This document shows positions 60,001-64,000 of a stretch of DNA of 64,000 nt, one piece after another; position 1 is the first letter of the stretch, and each line of letters starts with the position of its first letter. Under the pieces are notes generated by a model. It saw only the letters and a list, made by a program, of their open reading frames with translations, was not told the origin of the DNA and made no database searches. The position numbers were made by a program, and so were the translations under genes. The stretch is from positions 110,944-174,943 of the forward strand of contig JBBTBX010000002.1 in the NCBI GenBank assembly GCA_038043465.1, given 5' to 3'. This stretch comes from Pseudomonadota bacterium. Its GTDB lineage: Bacteria > Pseudomonadota > Alphaproteobacteria > Rickettsiales > SXRF01.

Positions 60001-63000
60001 GTCGTTGCCAATATTGCCAGTTAAATTATCATTAAAACTAGCCCCCACCAGAGTTTCACCGGTAGTTTTAGTGCCAAGTAAAGTAAGCCCACCTGATAAA
60101 TCTAATATGCTGCCATCAGCGAATTTAAGGCTTTCGATTTTATAGTTGCTTCCAGAATTACTAAAAAAGCTTTTTAGTGTTATCTGGTCGCCATTCGTTC
60201 CAACTTTAATAATCAGTGACTGGCTATTCGCATAATCGGAAATAAGCTGAATGCCAGCCTTGGCAATCCCCGTGCCAAACACTATCTGGTCGATTCCGGT
60301 GTAATCAGTAATCGTGTCCTGCCCGTCACCGACATTGAAGATATAAGTATCATTGCCGCTATAGAAACTGCTGTTATCAATAATATCATTACCTTTACCG
60401 CCGGTGATAATATCATTGCCTTCATTACCGTAAATTGTGTCAGCTCCTATATTTCCGGTCAGGGTATCATTGGAATATATACCGTACAAGGTTTCGCCTG
60501 TGGTTTTTGTCGCGCTTAAAGTTAAACCAGTTGTTAAATCCAATACACTGCCATCAGCGAATTTAAGGCTTTCGATTTTATAGTTGCTTCCAGAATTACT
60601 AAAAAAGCTTTTTAGTGTTATCTGGTCGCCATTCGTTCCCACTTTAATAATCAGTGACTGGTTATTAGCGTAATCCGAAATGAGCTGAATATTGGCTTTT
60701 GTTATCCCCGCGCCAAAAACTATCTGGTCAGTTCCGGTGTAATCAGTAATCGTGTCCTGCCCATCGCCGACATTGAAGATATAAGTATCGTTGCCGCTAT
60801 AGAAACTGCTGTTATCAATAATATCGTTGCCTTTTCCACCATTTATCGTGTCATTGCCTTCATTACCGTAAATGGTATCCGCCCCGATATTCCCGGTCAA
60901 CACGTCATTAGAGTATATACCGTACAAGGTTTCGCCTGTGGTTTTTGTCGCGCTTAAAGTTAAACCAGTTGTTAAATCCAATACACTGCCATCAGCGAAT
61001 TTAAGGCTTTCGATTTTATAGTTACTTCCAGAATTATTAAAAAAGCTTTTTAGAGTTATCTGATCGCCATTAGTACCAACCTTGATAATCAGCGACTGGC
61101 TATTAGTATAATCGGAAATGAGCTTGATAGATGCCTTGGTTATCCCCGCCCCGAACACAATCTGGTCAGTTCCGGTGTAATCATAAATAGTGTCTTGCCC
61201 ATCACCAATATTGAATATATAACTATCATTGCCTGAATAATAGGTGCTACCACCATCGATAATATCATTACCCTTACCACCAGTGATAGTGTCATTACCT
61301 TCATTGCCGTAAATTGTGTCATTACCGATATTGCCAGTCAGCACATCATTAGAGTATATCCCAAACAAAGTTTCGCCTGTGGTTTTTGTACCAACCAGCG
61401 TTAAACCAGTGGTTAAATCCAGCACACTGCCATCAGCAAATTTAAGAGTTTCGATTTTGTAATTACTGTCTTGCGTATAAAAGAAATTCTTTAAACTTAT
61501 CTGGTCGCCATTCGTGCCAATTTTTACAATCAGCGACTGGTTATTAGCATAATCAGAAATCAGTTGAATATTGGCCTTGGTAATCCCCGCACCGAACACA
61601 ATCTGGTCAGTTCCAGTGTAATCATAAATAGTATCCTGCCCGTCACCGACATTAAAGATATAGGTATCGTTACCCGAATAGAAACCACTTCCGCCATCGA
61701 TAACATCATTACCCTTACCGCCAGTGATAGTGTCATCGCCAGTACCACCAACGATATTATCATTCCCACCCAGCCCCTTTATCACATCATTTTTTGATGT
61801 TCCAGTTAAGGTTTCCGCCAAATCCGTGCCAGTCATGAGTGAGCCGATATTCGCAAGGCTGAGGCTGCTGCCATCGACAAACTCCAGCGTTTCCACGCGA
61901 TTGGTAGTAGCAACATAAAAATTCTTGATGCCTATCTTATCGCCAGCCGTACCAATATTAATCACCAAATCATTTCCCACCTGCGCGTATGACACATCCG
62001 CCGCGCTGATGCCGTCACCCAGCAAAATCTTATCCATCCCCGCATTATCATCAATCGAATCCTGCCCATCGCCACGGCTAAAACGATAAATATCATTACC
62101 AGCGTCGCCTTTCAGAATATCATTGCCCTTACCGCCCACAAAATAATCATTCCCAGCGAAGCCATAGAGTTCGTCGTTAGCGGCATCGCCATGCAGTATG
62201 TCATTTTTGGTTGTGCCGTAGAGTATGTCGATCTCCGATGTGCCATAATTAAGCCTGCCATCGAAGGTGAAGCCGGAAGGAATTGCCAGGGTTGCAATGC
62301 TGGCTGTCAGCGAATCAAGCTTACTGTCGAACGCAGCATCATTAAACTGGTCCTTGTTGAGTTTCAGGATATTTTCGGCGTAATAGATATAATTAGTGAA
62401 GCTGTCTGAGTTTATGGCTTTGGCTTTTATCGCAGCGATAGCTTCATCGAGCGTGCTGCCGATGGTGAGTTTGTCGCTGGCGAAGTCGTAACTGGCATTA
62501 GGGAATACATCATGCAGCACCGATTGCACCAGAAACTTATTCAGGAAATAATTATAGAACATGTCCCATGCCTGCTGCGCCAGCGGAACACCAGTTTGAG
62601 TGCGGTTGAAGAAATCACCACCGGTAATCTTCTCCATGAAGGCTGTCTTTTTGGCAGAGAATGGTATATAACCAAAGGCGGAATCATAAACATCAGCACT
62701 GGTGACATTCTGGACACCCGCCCAGCGGAAGAGGAACGCCTCGAACTTGTCGCCAAGCAGATAGAAGTCTTTAGGCTGGGTGGCTGCAAGGTCTTTCGCC
62801 ATCGCAAGTAAAGTCGGGTCGAGAGTCATTGCTGCCTGCCATGAATAGAGGCTGCCGTAACCACGGGAATAAGGAAGCAGTAAACTATCAACGCTAAGTT
62901 TGAATGTAGAAGGCAGGGTAAAGTCAGGATTGGTAAACACAGTCGGAGTTTCGAAGCCGAAATTAATCTCATGGATGTTTCTTACGTTGCCATTGGTAAA

Positions 63001-64000
63001 TTTAACAGTGGAAACGGCAGTCTGCATGTTTCCGGAGATTGTTTGTAAATTAGCATATTTAATAAGAGATATTTCTGTCACACCGTTAGCCGTCAGTGTG
63101 GTTAATTCTCCGGTGTCAACTGTTCCATCCGCATCTTTATCATTCCACAGTTTTAATAACGAGAATTGAGTATCGGTAGCATTAATTAAATTGTCTTTAT
63201 TGGAATCATATTTACTCAGTTCTGCAAAACCGTTGACGCTAGGATTGCCGAACATTTCATTAACATTATCAATATTGCCGTTGGAGTTTTTATCAACTAC
63301 TAAGAAAACATCGTCACCATTCGCCTTAGTCCATCCGGTATTCTCTTTCGTTCCATTACCATCGAGATCGAAGAGCGCGGTTGCAGTTTGCCACGAATTA
63401 AGAGCAATACCATTGCCATTTAGGTCAATAATGAGTGGATCGATTAAACTTGCCGCACCCGCCTTAGCGAAGACCTCATTCGCCTGCTTAATCAAAAGAT
63501 CAGCATTCGCAGCGTTTTTTTCTGCATTATCGTCAATCCCGTCACCATCCAAATCCACAAGCTTCGGTATCGTTATCCCCATGAACGTATAATCAGCCTT
63601 CGGATCGTAAGTCGATTTGAAGAAGTTTTTGATGATTGCGGCAGAATCAGAGTCGGAAGCGGCAACCAGATCATTACCCTGCTTCTGGAAAATGACATCA
63701 CCAAGCTGATAAAGATCCCTACCGACAGCTTTGGCAGTGCCAGTAACGGTGGTATTATTAAAGACGATTTTATCTCCATTTTCTGCATCGGTGATGGTGT
63801 CTATTCCTTCGCCACCAGCAGATAAAAATATGTCATTCCCTGCCCCACCAGTCAGCGTGTCCTTCCCACCACCGCCAATGATAATATCATTACCGCCACC
63901 ACCAGAGATAGTGCTGATTCCTTCGCCACCAATCAGCAAATCATTTCCACCTGAGCCATTAATTAAATTATCACCCTTACCATCAACAAACAGATTGACT
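57022..64000 (-). CDS. giant RTX / cadherin-like calcium-binding adhesin, type I secretion substrate (5' end beyond right edge)
   Basis: More than 2320 aa inside the window. The frame is still open at 64000 (I translated 63940-63999: ...VNLFVDGKGDNLINGSGGND...). Many GGxGxD nonapeptides, tandem modules, five VNDAP-bounded Ig/cadherin-like modules, and a C-terminus ...GGAGADVFKF...DFVKGTDKIDLTDF...ASDFLL typical of T1SS substrates. Confidence 0.9.
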   Translation of the reverse strand, partial: VNLFVDGKGDNLINGSGGNDLLIGGEGISTISGGGGNDIIIGGGGKDTLTGGAGNDIFLSAGGEGIDTITDAENGDKIVFNNTTVTGTAKAVGRDLYQLGDVIFQKQGNDLVAASDSDSAAIIKNFFKSTYDPKADYTFMGITIPKLVDLDGDGIDDNAEKNAANADLLIKQANEVFAKAGAASLIDPLIIDLNGNGIALNSWQTATALFDLDGNGTKENTGWTKANGDDVFLVVDKNSNGNIDNVNEMFGNPSVNGFAELSKYDSNKDNLINATDTQFSLLKLWNDKDADGTVDTGELTTLTANGVTEISLIKYANLQTISGNMQTAVSTVKFTNGNVRNIHEINFGFETPTVFTNPDFTLPSTFKLSVDSLLLPYSRGYGSLYSWQAAMTLDPTLLAMAKDLAATQPKDFYLLGDKFEAFLFRWAGVQNVTSADVYDSAFGYIPFSAKKTAFMEKITGGDFFNRTQTGVPLAQQAWDMFYNYFLNKFLVQSVLHDVFPNASYDFASDKLTIGSTLDEAIAAIKAKAINSDSFTNYIYYAENILKLNKDQFNDAAFDSKLDSLTASIATLAIPSGFTFDGRLNYGTSEIDILYGTTKNDILHGDAANDELYGFAGNDYFVGGKGNDILKGDAGNDIYRFSRGDGQDSIDDNAGMDKILLGDGISAADVSYAQVGNDLVINIGTAGDKIGIKNFYVATTNRVETLEFVDGSSLSLANIGSLMTGTDLAETLTGTSKNDVIKGLGGNDNIVGGTGDDTITGGKGNDVIDGGSGFYSGNDTYIFNVGDGQDTIYDYTGTDQIVFGAGITKANIQLISDYANNQSLIVKIGTNGDQISLKNFFYTQDSNYKIETLKFADGSVLDLTTGLTLVGTKTTGETLFGIYSNDVLTGNIGNDTIYGNEGNDTITGGKGNDIIDGGSTYYSGNDSYIFNIGDGQDTIYDYTGTDQIVFGAGITKASIKLISDYTNSQSLIIKVGTNGDQITLKSFFNNSGSNYKIESLKFADGSVLDLTTGLTLSATKTTGETLYGIYSNDVLTGNIGADTIYGNEGNDTINGGKGNDIIDNSSFYSGNDTYIFNVGDGQDTITDYTGTDQIVFGAGITKANIQLISDYANNQSLIIKVGTNGDQITLKSFFSNSGSNYKIESLKFADGSVLDLTTGLTLSATKTTGETLYGIYSNDTLTGNIGADTIYGNEGNDIITGGKGNDIIDNSSFYSGNDTYIFNVGDGQDTITDYTGIDQIVFGTGIAKAGIQLISDYANSQSLIIKVGTNGDQITLKSFFSNSGSNYKIESLKFADGSILDLSGGLTLLGTKTTGETLVGASFNDNLTGNIGNDTIYGYSGNDTINAGKGNDIIDGSTGNDVYIFNIGDGQDTLSDYTGADQIVFGAGIVPQDILMEASGTNLIISYSANDRVTINNFFTNSNYRVETLKFADGRIIDITKAITVTGSAADDIIIGTPFADNLSGAAGNDYIYGSEDIDIINGGIGNDILRGGGGVDTYNFDAGYGSDILTESGGVGDKIVLGTGILSSTMAMIRVGDDLRIVTQGKTDSILVSKFFATDNNRMEYIQFADGTKFNLTNAASIEPVSTVYSVNGYVVVNEDVATKIKLLNKNDGSADYKNIIISGAAVNGTASVNTSGDIIYTSKANYFGTDSFTISYKDAAGVSQSKTISVNVAPVNDAPVGLNKTITTNEDTPVEVLALVGATDIENNTMTIYSAGGAAHGSTSISGGKLFYTPSKNYFGTDSFTYTISDGNGGFDTKTVNATIISVNDAPVATNDVITISEDSTALITILSNDSDVEDGFFPAANIKITTQPTNGTVAIQSDGKVLYTPKADFYGQDSFKYTVTDSQGLVSNIATATINVTLINDSPKFKTGSTITFTEDTPATFDVNSYFYDPDGNAFTINSVSSPNASISFAGNMITYTPKPNYNGIDKITIKLTDSFGATSTLIVDATVTPVNDIPVATNDSFVVVENTATKLNVLANDNDVETVLFASSITGLTTPAHGTVSINATDGTILYTPTAGYNGMDSFTYSVKDSNGIISNTATAKINVAKIISGTTADNILAGIAGNEVIYALDGNDTISGSTGVDILDGGVGTDTVSYAASTAAVNVNLGITTAQSGGHAQDDTLISIENIIGSPLNDTFTGSSVANNINGGAGIDTVSYANSTAAVNVNLAVTTAQSGGFAAGDILTNIENLTGSTYNDTLLGNTLANIITGGTGKDTMTGGAGADVFKFSAITDSGKATGVRDIITDFVKGTDKIDLTDFAGSFTFKGTGALGGSVAGVNYAQVSGNTIIGIDADSNGTLDMQIELTGLHTLAASDFLL
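57850..59260 (-). repeat. five tandem about 95-100-aa cadherin/Ig-like coding modules
   Basis: Each module is bounded by VNDAPV / INDSPK / VNDIPV and contains ...YTP..(N/D)(Y/F)(F/Y/N)G.DSF.Y... Confidence 0.75.
59290..62300 (-). repeat. tandem coding repeats (RTX nonapeptides + about 100-aa beta module), period 411-441 bp, about 7 copies
   Basis: Anchor word tgccatc(a/g)(g/a)c recurs at 59700, 60111, 60549, 60987, 61428 and 61869. The copies starting at 60111 and 60549 share about 90 identical consecutive nt at one end and about 75 at the other. Confidence 0.85.

Noticed and set aside
59290-62300. Possible CRISPR-like regular repeats (RTX gene tandem repeats, and the 30-bp repeats at 40290-40500).
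   Set aside because: Both arrays lie inside continuous open reading frames with clear protein-level periodicity. There are no unique spacers between short conserved repeats and no cas genes.

Overview
This window reads as a mostly housekeeping chromosomal segment of a moderately AT-rich alphaproteobacterium. The gene order supports that: rpsT-(rhodanese)-dnaA, dnaN-recF-gyrB, acnA divergent from ccmAB, rlpA-tmk-holB-metG-tatD, aroA/cmk-rpsA-sppA-ihfB-lapA-trpFBA, dusB(nifR3), an ispDF fusion, and pgpA-cinA. Palindromic GTCAT-type repeats sit at gene 3' ends, and there is one eukaryote-like effector candidate. Both suggest an intracellular or amoeba-associated lineage, but that is inference. 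I support about 58 CDS. I found no rRNA, tRNA, CRISPR array, transposase or integrase. Accessory content interrupts the conserved backbone:
1. A LapG-type BTLCP cysteine protease lies in an apparent operon with a Cache-PAS membrane receptor whose HD-GYP domain has lost its catalytic motifs (36871-39737).
2. There are two cobalamin riboswitches. One precedes nrdA-nrdB-thioesterase. The other precedes a three-gene operon of uncharacterised envelope proteins (54783-56715), a candidate B12 uptake system.
3. A 604-aa protein carries a CTR1/EDR1-like transglutaminase-fold domain (45860-47674).
4. A giant RTX/cadherin-like type I secretion adhesin with near-identical 438-441 bp tandem coding repeats runs off the right edge.
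5. There are two ParE/RelE toxin-antitoxin pairs, one wedged between dnaK and dnaJ.
6. There is an AKKPAAKK-repeat histone H1-like protein.
7. There are several families of palindromic intergenic repeats.
All calls come from reading the sequence and ORF translations by eye. The ORF track uses the longest ORFs with ATG, GTG or TTG starts, so I trimmed several starts to downstream ATG/GTG/TTG codons that have Shine-Dalgarno support. Coordinates of non-CDS features are approximate to a few nucleotides.
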